Position numbers and translations under genes: made by a program. 64,000 nt of DNA from Sphyrna mokarran (Eukaryota): the NCBI GenBank assembly GCA_024679065.1, contig JAGIQG010000002.1:57412001-57476000 (forward strand), written 5' to 3'. This document shows, piece after piece, positions 52,436 through 64,000 of this stretch (positions are counted from its first letter, which is position 1; the number at the start of each line of letters is the position of its first letter). The notes beneath the pieces are model-generated. The model was not told where the DNA came from. It worked only from the letters and a program-made list of their open reading frames with translations, and searched no databases.

Positions 52436-53687
52436 CATTTTTATCCACCAAAAGCATTCAAAATTAGACTTACGACAAGTGTTCCTGCCAACCACCTTTT
52501 CAAAACTGATGGAAGCAAAAGGAAACTAGAAGGCATTGCATCATCATAATATTCCCTGGAAGCCAATTTGGCTTTATACCAAATTTGTCATCTCAATATC
52601 ATGGGCCAAAAGTGAAAAACAAGTTTATTATAAGGTGTTTCTAACTGAGGTCTGATTGACTAAACTGAATTATAATTGTAAGAATATTTACTTGCCTAAT
52701 ACTTATCTTAAAGTATTTATTGGACTAAGTCTCAAACGAATTCAGTTGGAACACTGCTTATATAGCTTAAGTTGTACAATTCTTAATATAATTGTGTTAT
52801 GTTCACCACACAGACTGATAAGTGTTTTCAAAAAAAAGAAAACCCCACAATACCAATGAAAAGGAAAATGGGAGACAATATTTCACTTCTTAAAACTTTT
52901 ACTGTAACAAACCAATAGAAGTTAACATGACTCAAACATGAATTAATAGGTGAAGGATATTTCAAATAAAAAGGTGAATTTTACTTTAGATATTCAATAC
53001 ACCAAAGATACGTCTCCGATTACTCAGATTATGCACAAATGTAGCACCAAATGTAAGCTCATAGTCTTTCCAACTCGTGTTTTGTTTTGTGGGAATTCTC
53101 ATTTCATCCATCCATTTTGGCTCTTGAATCAGTTTCATCAGCAACCATATTCCATTCAAAGTCTTCCTCATGGCTACCATTGACGAGGCACATGATTATG
53201 AAGCCTGTCCCACTTGGGCCATGACAGTCATGATGATGCAGAAACCCAGAAGCCCCCTTTAAATAGTTCGGTGGGCTCTGGCAGCACTTCAGCAGTGGCA
53301 ATAAATTTTGTCAAATCTGCATATCTTGCTGTTGCTGTCTTTAGTGTTTTGCCCTTACCAAATGTATAAGTACTCAGCAACACAGTCTCTGCTGTATTTT
53401 CAGAGAACTGCTTCAACACCACTACCTATTTAAAGACTGCCAAACATAAAATCATTTTATGTGGCGAGAGCTTTGCTTAGTACCACTTTGTATGAACTTC
53501 CAGTCTTCAGAACTGCAAAAAAAGGCTGATCCCACCATACTGCAGTTAGCTTTCCACTGGTCCATTGCTACTTGAAACCTAAAGTGGCATAGTCATGAAA
53601 CTAGTTCACTCTTTTTTTAAATCCTCTCCAGCACATTTTATTCTTCCTGTGAAATTGCAAAATCTAAAATGCAGGCTTTTCTGAGAA

Positions 53688-53800
53688 TAGAATCATAGAA
53701 TTCCTACAGTGCAGAAGGACGCTGCACTGATTTTCTGACAGAGCATCCTACTGATGCCCTTTCCTGTAACTTCATGTATTTACCTGCTAATTCCCTTAAC
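53688..53800 (-). mobile_element. HE1 SINE 3' part
   Basis: tagaatcatagaattcctacagtgcagaagga antisense tail. Confidence 0.65.
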
Positions 53801-53929
53801 CCAAACGATTGTTGATGTTATGTGGATGTTCCTGCAACTTTCACAGTATAGATATGTAAACTTTTCACTTTGTTGCATTTCACTTAGAATGATGGAATGA
53901 TCAGTCAAAAAATGCTCACAATTATTTAA

Positions 53930-54095
53930 TACATTTCATGTCTTCAGGACTACCTGTGCAGCCACTACAGTGATTTTGAAGTGTAGTCACTGTAATGATC
54001 TAGGAAACATGACAGAGAATTCACACAGCAAGTTCCCACAATCAGCTAGGAGATAATGATCAAATAATCTGCTTTGTGATGTTGATTCAGAAAAA
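53930..54095 (-). mobile_element. DeuSINE remnant
   Basis: ttttgaagtgtagtcactgt...cacagcaagttcccaca...gataatga.ca.ataatctg matches the recalled antisense Deu-SINE 3' part. Confidence 0.6.
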
Positions 54096-54379
54096 AAAAA
54101 TCTGATAATAAATACATCTGATATCTATCTTGTTGGATGATATTTTCCTGCTATCAGCAAGAACAGAAGTATGTGATTCTACCTTCGCTTATTCTTTCTT
54201 TGTGATATGGATGGCCTACATTGTTTCCCGCATCGCCACCAAATGTAATCACAACATATCGTCAAATGATTCATCCTTCTATGCCCACATGATCACCTCC
54301 AGTATCCCCAGAGTTCTATCCATAGTTTATCTTATCCACCATCTATTTACTTCTCTTTAGCAACACTGTCCACAGACAG

Positions 54380-54595
54380 GGGGTTGGCATCCACAAGTGT
54401 ATCACTGGCATCCAACTTTCCCTGTCTGGCATTACAATTGACTTCAGACTCCATCCATTGCCCTGACGGTTTACAGCCTTGCTGTCATGTTTGATGCCAA
54501 TATAAGCTTCAGATCACACATCCATGTCATCGTCAATACAGACTATTTCCATCTATGTAACATCAGCTGATTAAGCCGTTCCTCAGCTCATCCGT
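54380..54595 (+). mobile_element. L2 LINE remnant
   Basis: Translates to LAVMFDANISFRSHIHVIVNTDYFHLCNI, similar to L2 LGVIFD..LSF..HI...AYFHLRNI. Confidence 0.55.
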
Positions 54596-54764
54596 GATTG
54601 CACAAAGGAATCATGTGAAGGGAGATTTAGAAATCCAAATGAAAGGTTGAAGCAACAAAGTAATTTAGCAATGCAGGTAAAGATGAAGATAGGGACAGAG
54701 AGTTTCACAAAATTTATGCATCAGCCAATAAAGCAATCAGGCAATAGAAATTTTAAAAAAAGCA

Positions 54765-55260
54765 ATGAAATAAAGGTACTTCATCTAAATACACAAAGCA
54801 TCTGGTATGAGATAGCTGAGCTAGTGGCACAAGTAGAGATAAATGTTTTAATATAAGTGCCCTTACAGAACCATATTTACAAGGTGATCAAAATTGCAAA
54901 ATAAATATTCCAGGGTATACAATATTTCAAAAAGACAAACAGAATGGCAAAGAGGAAGGGGTAACCCTGATATTAAAAGATAACATAGGGACATTAGTGG
55001 TAAATATGTAGACTGATGAAGATCATGGAAATAGAATCAGTATCGGTCGAAATTAGGAACAGCAAGAGTCAGAAAATTCTGAGAAGATAGTTTATAGGCC
55101 CATGATAGGCCAGTGTACCACTGGCCAGGGCATGAATCAAGAATGTTAAGCAAAAAAGGCAATGCTATAATTTTGGTGACTTTAATATTAGACCAAGCAT
55201 GATCTAATGGAATGCTTTTGTAAAGGTTTCCTGGAGGAATTCCTAGAGGAATTCAACTCA
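54765..55260 (+). mobile_element. Old CR1 ORF2 endonuclease-region remnant
   Basis: IKVLHLNTQSIWYEIAELVAQVEIN resembles the APE N-terminus LYLNARSIRNKVDEL.AQIEIN. Confidence 0.6.
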
Positions 55261-55291
55261 AAATAAAATACCTTAGGTGTAGTTTTACACA

Positions 55292-55408
55292 CGATGTGGC
55301 ATGGATGGAGAGGTGGGCACAGTAAGAAGTCTCACAATACCGGGTTCAACAAGTTTATTTGGAATGATGAGCTTTTGGAGCGCTGCTCCTTCATCAGGTG
55401 AGTTCTTC
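55292..55408 (-). mobile_element. Short PLE family A terminus insertion with 12-bp TSD
   Basis: Minus strand CTGATGA-A-GGAGC-AGC-GCTCC-AAAA-GCTC; tagttttacaca at 55280-55291 and 55409-55420. Confidence 0.75.
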
Positions 55409-55455
55409 TAGTTTTACACAATGATGCAGAGTTAACTAGTAATGTCATAATAAAA

Positions 55456-55744
55456 TTTAAAGTTTATTTATTAGGGTGTCACAAATAGCTTACATTAACA
55501 CTGTAATGAAGTTATTGTGAAAACCCTCCAGTCGCCCCACTTTGGTGCTGGTTCCAGTACTCTGAGGGAGAATTTAGCATGGCTAATGCACCGCACAGCA
55601 CATATTTTGAACTGTGAGAGGAAACCAGAGCACCCAGAGGGAACCCATAGGAAGAACATGCAGATTCCACCCAAACAGTCACTCAAGCTGGAATTCGAAT
55701 CAGTGCTTTGAATCAGTGCTCAAATCAAATCAGTCTAACCACTG
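55456..55744 (-). mobile_element. V-SINE variant with alternative 3' tail
   Basis: Same tail as the copies at 19613 and 50776. Confidence 0.7.
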
Positions 55745-57715
55745 ATTTGATTTGATTTATTATTGTCACATATATTAGTATACAGTGAAAAATATTGTTT
55801 CTTTCGTGCCACACAGACAAAGCATACCATACATAGATCAGGAAAAGAGAGTGCAGAATGTAATGGCTCTGATCTTCAGGTTGTCGTTGGTTACGGGTAT
55901 AGTGCCTGAAGACTGGAGGATAGCGAATGTGGTCCCATTGTTCAAAAAGGGGAAGAGAGACTTTCCTGGGAATTATAGACCGGTGAGTCTTACTTCTGTT
56001 GTGGGCAAAGTATTGGAAAGAATTATTAGGGATAGGATTTATAGTTATTTAGAGAGAAACAAATTGTTTGGGGATAGTCAGCATGGTTTTGTGAAGGGTA
56101 GGTCGTGCCTTACTAACCTTATTGAGTTTTTTGAAAAAGTGACCAAAGAGGTGGATGGGGGTAAGGCAGTTGATGTGGTATATATGGACTTTAGTAAGGC
56201 GTTCGATAAGGTGGCCCATGGAAGGCTTCTGCAGAAAATGCAGGTGTATGGGATAGAGGGTGATTTAGCTAATTGGGTTAGGAATTGGCTAGCAGATAGA
56301 AGACAGAGGCTGGTGGTTGATGGGAGATATTCATCGTGGAGTTCGGTGACAAGTGGTGTACCTCAGGGGTCTGTTTTGGGGCCCCTGCTGTTTGTAAATT
56401 TTATAAATGATCTGGATGAGGGTATTGAAGGATGGATTAGTAAATTTGCAGATGACACTAAAGTCGGTGGAGTGGTAGATAGTGAAGAGGGGTGTTATAG
56501 TTTGCAGAGAGACTTGGACAAGTTGCCGAGCTGGGCCGAGAGGTGGCAAATGGAGTTTAATGTGGAAAAGTGTGAGGTAATTCACTTTGGCAGGAATAAC
56601 AAATGTGTAGAGTATAGGGCTAATGGTAGGACTCTTAATAGTGTTGAAGAACAGAGGGATCTTGGTGTATACGTGCATAGATCCCTGAAAGTTGGCAATC
56701 AAGTCGATAAGGTTGTTAAGAAGGCATACGGAGTCTTAGCTTTTATTGTAGGGGGATTGAATTTCGGAGCCGCAACGTCATGTTGCAACTGTACAAAACT
56801 CTAGTGCGGCCGCACTTGGAGTATTGTGTACAGTTCTGGTCTCCACATTATAAGAAAGATGTGGAGGCATTGGAGAGGGTACAGAGGAGGTTTACCAGGA
56901 TGTTGCCTGGTATGGAGGGCGGGTCTTATGAAGAGAGGCTGAGGGATTTGAGGTTGTTTTCGTTAGAAAGAAGGCGGCTAAGAGGAGACCTTATTGAAAC
57001 ATATAAGATGCTTAGAGGTTTAGATAGGGTGGACAGTGATAGCCTTTTTCCTAGGATGGAGAAAGCTAGCACGAGGGGACATAGCTTTAAATTAAGGGGT
57101 GGTAGTTATAGGACGGATGTCAGAGGTAGGTTCTTTACCCAGAGGGTGGTGAGGATATGGAATGCCCTGCCTGCTGCAGTTGTAGATGCGCCTAGTTTGG
57201 TGGCGTTTAAGTGGTTAGTAGATAAGTTTATGGACAAAAAGGGAATGGTTTAGGTTAGAGGGTCATTGCTTTTTCTTAATTGGTCGGCGCAACATCGAAG
57301 GACGAAGGGCCTGTTCTGCGCTGTAATTTTCTATGTTCTATGTAATGTTACAATCACAGCTAGGGTTTGGAGAGGTAGGTCCATTCAAAATTCTAATGGC
57401 AGCAGGGAAGAAGCTGTTCTTCACTCAGTTTGTATGTATCCTCAGACTTCTGTATATTTTTTCTGATGCAAGAAGGTGGAAGAGAATAGGACTGAGGTGC
57501 ATGAAGTTCTTAATTATGTTGGCTTTTTTCTAAGGCAGTAGGAAGTGTAGATATTGTCAATGGAAGGGAAGCAAGTTTGAGTGATGGATTGGGCTTTGTA
57601 CTTTCTTGGGATCTTGGGCAGAGCAGGAGCCATACCAAGCTGTGATACAACCAGAAAGAATGCTTTCTATGGTGCATCTGTAAAACTTGTTGTGGACATG
57701 TCAAATTTCTTTAAA
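55745..57715 (-). mobile_element. Rex1/Babar LINE 3' fragment split by a HER1 insertion (pieces 55745-55865 and 57340-57715)
   Basis: Both pieces are colinear with the Rex1 copy at 21545-22170. Confidence 0.8.
55866..57340 (+). mobile_element. Young HER1/CR1 LINE, 5' truncated, one frameshift near 56748
   Basis: ORFs 55785-56804 (VPEDWRIANVVPLFKKG, YRPVSLTS, FADD) and 56780-57253; tail ctatgttcta. Confidence 0.95.
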
Positions 57716-57869
57716 TTCACTGGAAGAATCGTGATCATAATATGGCATTTGAAAATGACTTGCTCCAATCACAAACAAGAATCTTAACCTTAAATAAAAC
57801 CAATTACATAGGTATGAGGAGAGAACTGGCTAATTTTCATTGAGTAAATCGACTAAAAAACATGGCGGT

Positions 57870-58048
57870 AGTCGAGTGTGCACTGACCACGATCCTACCC
57901 AGGCCCTATTCCCATAACCCCACATATTTACCCTGCCCATCCCCCAGACAGTAGGGTCAAATTAGCATGACCAATCAACCTAACCTGCGCATCTCGGACC
58001 CGAAGAAAACCTGCACAGACACAGGGAGAATGCGCAAACTTCACACAT
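57870..58048 (-). mobile_element. HE1-type V-SINE fragment
   Basis: cagacacagggagaatgcgcaaact antisense V-domain. Confidence 0.7.
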
Positions 58049-58049
58049 G

Positions 58050-59030
58050 TAAACGTTGATGCTAAGGGAGACTTAGGTGTGCTTGTACAAGGAGCACAAT
58101 GCCAGCATGCAGATACCACATGTAATTAGGAAGGCAAAGTCATGTTGGCTTCTATTGCAAAGGGGTTAGAATACAGAAATAAAAATGTAATACAGTTGTA
58201 CAGGATTGTGGTGAGATCACACCACTATGCAATTCTAGCCTCTATATTTAAAGAAGGAGATGTACAATGAATGTTTACTAAATTAGGAACATAGAAGCAG
58301 AAGGAGGCTACTCCACTTGTGATACTCCAAATACATCATATTCACTAGTTCTCCTTTATCTATGTCACAAGTAGCATCCACAAAAAAAAACTCCAACAAG
58401 TTTTTCAAATACAGTTTTTCTTTCAAATATTCAAGTTGACTCTGCCCAATCCTACCATCACTTTCTAAGTACCCAGTTGTCACATCCTTCATAATAGATT
58501 TGATTATTTTCACAACTGCTGATGTCAAGCTGACAGATCTGTTATTCCTTGCTTTCTTCTTCCCTCCTTTGGCCCCTTGGATGAGGGGGTTGTCCGAAGA
58601 GAGGCTGAAAAAAGTTGGATCTATATTCTCTAGAGTTTAGAAGAATGAAAGGTCATTTCATTGAAAGCTATGAATTTCTGGAGGGGCTTGATAAAGTAGA
58701 CATTGACAGATTGTTTCCGTGGATCTGGGAATCCAAAACATGGAGGCAGAAGCAGTCTCGTGATAAGGAGCTGAGCATTTGGGATTGAGATGAGGACAAT
58801 TTGCTTCACTGATTAGGGTTGTGAGCCTTTGGAGTTCTCTGGCCCAGAGGGCTATAGATCCTCTATTATTGAGTACATTTAAGGCTAGGATAGGCAGATT
58901 GTGTCTCTTAGAGAATCAAGGACTATGAAGGGCAGCCATAAAATGAAGTTGAAGCATAAATTCAGCCATGATCAGGTTGAATGGTGGGGCAGACCATGTG
59001 ATCTGCTGTTCCTATTTTTTGTATTCTTGA
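58050..59030. mobile_element. Mosaic of old CR1 fragments (+ 58050-58265, - 58320-58570, + 58575-59030)
   Basis: Degenerate CR1 RT and C-terminal coding motifs, e.g. GRIGQSQ..LKNLLEFF on the minus strand. Confidence 0.6.
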
Positions 59031-59289
59031 GTGATTTTTGACCTAACTTTTGACCATCTGACGCTTGTATCTCCTAATGTGGTAATTATCAAATTGCAGT
59101 TTGTACTTCTGTGAAGCATTTCAGGATGTTTTACTACTAAAAATATCACATCAATGCAAGATGTTGTATTTCTTTACTGCCTTGCCAACATTACATTCTA
59201 AATATTTTGAAAATTTCCTCCAGCATTACATTAGCAAAGCTAAAAAATTCCGATTTGCCTGTCGTTTATTTCAGTCGTGCAGAAACCCT

Positions 59290-59650
59290 TCCTGGCTCCT
59301 CATTTCAGTTTGAGTCTTGCTCAGTCTTTGATCATAAGCTGAGATTCTTATCCCACATCTGATACATCACCGAGTTTGCCTTCTTTCACCTTCAGGACAT
59401 TGTCATGTACATGTCAACATCATCTGCTGTTTGCTTCTGAAATGCCTTTTTGTGTTTTGATCACTTCATTTAACTGATTGCTGATGTGCTTTCCTTGTCA
59501 ACGGCATCCACCTTACAAGGTCTCTTGTAACCCAGATGTCTCTGCCCCAAGTCCTTTTTCACAAAAAATTCCGTTCACTGCAACCTTTGTTCCTGCAAAT
59601 TCCACTCACTCCCTGTACTCCAGCTGATTAATTACATGTTTTTTTTTAAT
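59290..59650 (+). mobile_element. L2 LINE remnant
   Basis: Similar to the degenerate RT 3' region at 54380-54595. Confidence 0.45.
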
Positions 59651-61659
59651 TTCAGATTTGTTCATGACTTCTCTATATCCAGAGAAATCTATATATTGCA
59701 AAGATTCTCTTAATTTCTCTGAATTGTTGGAGAATTCTGGCTTGTTCCTCAATGCCTCTGCTGTTGCATTAAAGCCAATTTGTCTTCCTACATAGCTTCG
59801 CACATCCCCCGCCTGCCCCCCCCGCATTATGTTTTCAGTACCCTTCTCCTGCTAACTTCCTTTCATGTGTCAAACTCTTCTTTCTTGCATAGTCCTTCAA
59901 TGTGTTTCTGCAAATGAAATGTTGTTCTTATTTGAGAATCCTTGGCACAAATCAGTATGTGAACACTATGTAACAATCTAACAGAAAGATTACAAGTATG
60001 CATGGTCTTGTGAATTTTACTTTTGTATGCTGTTGTGCAGGTGTGCTAAAGGATTAATATTTCCATTAAAATAGTGGACAAAGTTGTTTTGTGTAAATGT
60101 TTTGAACATTAGTACATTAGTATTCAAAAACCTGAATTTTAAGGCAATGATAATGGGTATTAAAGTTTTTTGGATCAGAATGTTAAAAATGGCAATGTTT
60201 CTTGTACTTAAGAGAAAGGTCATTTTATCCTGAACATTTTTATGGAGTACGCTATCTGTAAATTCTATGCTTCAAAATTGGGTTTTAATGATTTTCCTGG
60301 TGAAGTGCAGTAAAATTAAATTACATATTCATGAACCGAGTGGAAGAAAAAATTAGATTTTTCATATTAATTTGCGTTTTTGCTACAGCCCTTCTATATT
60401 TTTATTATTCCCTTGCAAACATTATCATGTTTCATTCCATATCAATTTATGTTATTTGTGTCAATTCCTTTTTCTGCAACTTTTGTTTGAGTTTATGCCA
60501 AGTAATGGAATAAAAGTACTGTAATAATTGCAGCTAAAATGAGAAGACAACAATGAAAGATACCAAGCTATGCACAATTGCACAAGCATAACACCCGAAT
60601 TACAATGTAGAGGCACATGAAGCAAAGAAAATGATACACTAATTCTGGAATAAAAATCAGCCAACTTCAATTTCCATGGTAGTCTCCTACATCCATGAAG
60701 CATTGAAGGAGAACTGTTTGCCCAGATGCCAGATATTATCCCCTGATTGAGTAGAACAAGCAACAGAAAGGAATTGTGCTGCTGCAGACTGCTACTATCT
60801 AAGGAAAGTTCAAATACAAGTCCTCCATGTTTGGTATGCAAGAAGTGCAACTTCAATTGTGACTGATCTACAGGGAATAAAAATACAATTGGTTCTTCAG
60901 TTTCCCTCAGGGAGTTTCTCAATCAAAACAATTTAATAAAACAGACCTTGTGTGAGTGATTAATGTGGGAGTGGGGATGAATGTATTTGTGACTGTGTGT
61001 CTCATAATATATACATCGATATAGCTAGTAAAGACTTGTTTACATTTGATTTCTGCATTTGCACATGTTCCATGCCAAAGAAAGGATGTTGACATGATAA
61101 GAATATTTGGGGTTCCCCGATGCTCTTGGGAAGTCACTATTAGTTCCATGGCTCAATGTTTGGGAAACCGTGATGATTGCACTGTAGGGAGAAGTGTGCC
61201 CAGTGATTGTGCTGTGGGAGGGATAGCCGCTGAATATTGTGCTGGATCGAAGGTTGGGTGGTCTTCCAATGATTGTGCCGTGTGTGAGATATCTCAATGA
61301 TGGTTGCAGATTGAAAGTGGAGAGAGCACTCTTGATTTGTGGTGGGAGAAGTGCTGGGGGAAGTTTTAATTCTCTGTTGATCGGGGCATCCTTTAAAGTA
61401 AGTGCCCTGATCTCTTGTGAAGACAGCCTTGCTGGCTTTATCAAGGCTCATCCTGACAGAGTGATAGTCCAAGCCACTCCCTCCAATTTTTTCTTTGTCA
61501 GGGTGCCAGAAAATCTGGTCTGGAGAGATACATGCTGGTTTTCAGTCAGAGCCTGACACTCTGACAAGTTGTGGAAAAATTCCGTCCAAGACTTAGCAAT
61601 GCGATTTAATAGAATCACAGAATGACGCAGCACAAATGAGGCCATTTGATCCATGATTT

Positions 61660-62250
61660 AGCAATTATACAAGGTCTTGGTGAGGCCATACTGAGAGTAT
61701 TGTGTGCAATTTAGGTTTCCTTTTCTGAGGAAAGATGTTCTTGCTCTCAAGGGAATGCACTGAAGGTTTACCAGGCTGATTCTGGGGATGGTGGGACTGA
61801 TGTATGAGGAGTGATTGATTAGGTTAGGATTGTCTTCTCAGAAGTTCAGATGAATGAGGGGAATCTCATAGAGACATAACATTCTAACAGAACAAGACAG
61901 AATAGATACAGAGAGGATATTCCGATGGTGGGGGAGTCCAGAATCAGAGGTCACCATCTGAGGATTCAGGGTAGACCATTTAGAATGGAGGTGAGGAGGT
62001 ATTTCTTCACCCAAAGAGTGGTGAGCCTGTGAAATTCATTACCACAGGAAGCAGTTGATGCCAAAACAATGAATGTATTCAAGAGGTGGCTGGATATAGC
62101 ACTTGGGGCAAATGGGATCAAAGGTTATGGGGAAAAAGTTGGATTAGGCTATTGTGTTGGATGATCAGCCATGATTGTAAGGAGTAGTGGAGCAGGCTGA
62201 AAGGGCCAAATGACCGCTTCCTGCTCCTTTCTTCATACATTTCTATGATT
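61660..62250 (+). mobile_element. CR1 LINE 3' fragment nested in an older antisense CR1
   Basis: gagtattgtgtgcaattt...ttcttcacccaaagagtggtg; atgattt occurs on both sides. Confidence 0.75.
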
Positions 62251-63420
62251 TCTGTGCTGGCGTTTTGATATAGCTATTATATTAACCTCACTTCCCTGCT
62301 GTTTATCCATAGCTCTGTATTTTTTATCCTTCAAGTGTTCATCCAATTCTCTTGACTGTTAATATTGAATCTGCTTCACTGTTTCAGGCACTGTATCCCA
62401 GATCACACCAATTCATTGTGTCATTTCAGGTAGTCTTTGGTTCTTTTGCCCCATCACTTTAAAACAATGTCCTCTTGTCAACAACCCTACTGCCACTAGA
62501 AACTGTTTCTCATTATTTACAAATCTCATTTTAACCTTTCTGTGAGAATGACCCCAGCTTCTCCAGGCTCTCCACAGTATTGAAATCCCACATCATCTTC
62601 TCTTTTAGATCCTCTCCGAAATCTTGATATCCTTTCTAAAGTGTCAAGAATTGGATGCAATAATCCAGCTGAGGCCTAAACTAATGTTTTATATCAATTC
62701 AATTTAATTAGCTTATTTTTTTGGTTGATTTCTCGATTAATAAATATGGGGATCACATTTTCATTTTTAACAACCGTCTCAAATATTGCTGCCATTTCCA
62801 GCCTTGGTTGGTGCATGTACATCCCATGGTCGCTCTTTTCCTTTAAAATAGTACATTAGGCCCATACATACCATTTCTCCACTTTCTCTTTCAGCCATAA
62901 TGTATCACTTCACACTGTTCTGCATTAATTTTCACATCCAGTGCATCTGTTCACCTGTCCTTTATGTTCTCTTGAAGTTTGTTACTATCCTCCCCATTAT
63001 TGGTAACATTTTTGATTTTTCAATGATCAATAAATGTTGACATTATGTCCTATATGACAAATCCAGATTATTTTAATGTATCTAAAGGCACAATGGTCTA
63101 AATATCAGAGCCCCAGAAGCAGACTTGCCTCTAGTCCAAAAAAAAGAATCATTCACTGTCTCTCTCTATGTTCACTCTCGGAATCACAGAATTGTTACAG
63201 TGCAGAAGGCCATTCAGCCTATCATGTCTGCACCAGCCCACTAAATAAGCAGTTCACTTAGTGATATCCCGCTACTTTCTCCCTTTCACCCTGCACGCTC
63301 TTCCTTTTCAAATACCAATTTATTTTCCACGTTCTGATTGAACCTGCCTCCACCACTCTTTCAGGCAATGCGTCCTAGACTTTCCACTTTCTGTACAACA
63401 AAGGTTTTTCTCATCGTCCA
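62250..63420 (-). mobile_element. Old CR1 remnants (two pieces)
   Basis: Antisense CR1 3' regions; second tail gaatcacagaattgttacagtgcag at 63181. Confidence 0.55.
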
Positions 63421-63639
63421 GCTTGTACAGGACCCATCTCCATGGAGCAGGTCCCTATATTCCGAGAATCTTAACCTTCCCTCTTGCGTCATCTTTTCTG
63501 TTATACATTCATCTTCTTTATTGTCCTATATCAACAGTCACTTTTGTATGTACTGGAAATAATCAAGGAGTGAATATGTTTGGGGTTCTGCTTGCTAATT
63601 TTCTACCTAGCTCCCTAAACTCAGCCTGCAGGATCAAAT

Positions 63640-64000
63640 CCATCTCTTTACCTCTGACATCAGTATCAATATGAACGATGAATGCTGGCTGTTTACCTTT
63701 GCCACTCAGCGTGCTATGCAGCTGCTTGGTGACATCCTTGACCCTGACAGCAGGGACTCAACACGTCTTCCTGGATTCATGTCTACAGCTGCAAGAAAGC
63801 CGATCTATTCCCCTAACTATTGAATCACTTATCACTGTTGCTTTTCCAATTTTCCTTGTATCATTCTGTGCGGCTGAGCCACCTGTGGTGTCATGGACTT
63901 GCCTCTGGCTGCATTTTCCAGATGCAGCTTGACTTAGCCTTGTATACTGGTTGGCGATTGAGGTGCACTCAGAGGATACTTACACTACCTGCCTGTTTGT
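63640..64000 (-). pseudogene. CR1 ORF1 SGNH/GDSL-esterase-like remnant
   Basis: Minus strand VISDSIVRGIDR..C*VPAVRVKDV..QPAFIVHIDT matches VIGDSIVRG..CLPGARV.DV..VVHIGTND. Confidence 0.7.

Noticed and set aside
1-64000. CRISPR array, operon or retron-like prokaryotic system
   Set aside because: No regularly spaced repeats or gene-dense stretch; all RT ORFs are eukaryotic non-LTR retrotransposons.

Overview
Repeat-dense, gene-poor vertebrate DNA, almost certainly shark (elasmobranch), judged from HE1-type V-SINEs and HER1/CR1 LINEs with (TGTTCTA)n tails. I could not recognise any host-gene exon, so the window looks intergenic or intronic. It contains five young HER1/CR1 copies, many older CR1, L2, Rex1/Babar and RTE remnants, about 11 V-SINEs with two different 3' tails, a nearly full-length Tigger/pogo transposase broken by one CpG-type stop, and PIF/Harbinger fossils and MITEs. 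The most interesting signal is a set of Penelope-like element (PLE) termini carrying minimal hammerhead-ribozyme cores with helix covariation. Two short PLE-end palindromes are flanked by target-site duplications. There is also a 1.8-kb inverted duplication that includes transposon flank, and a ~99% identical tail-to-tail LINE pair. All family assignments are by eye from recalled motifs, not database searches, and boundaries of old repeats are approximate.
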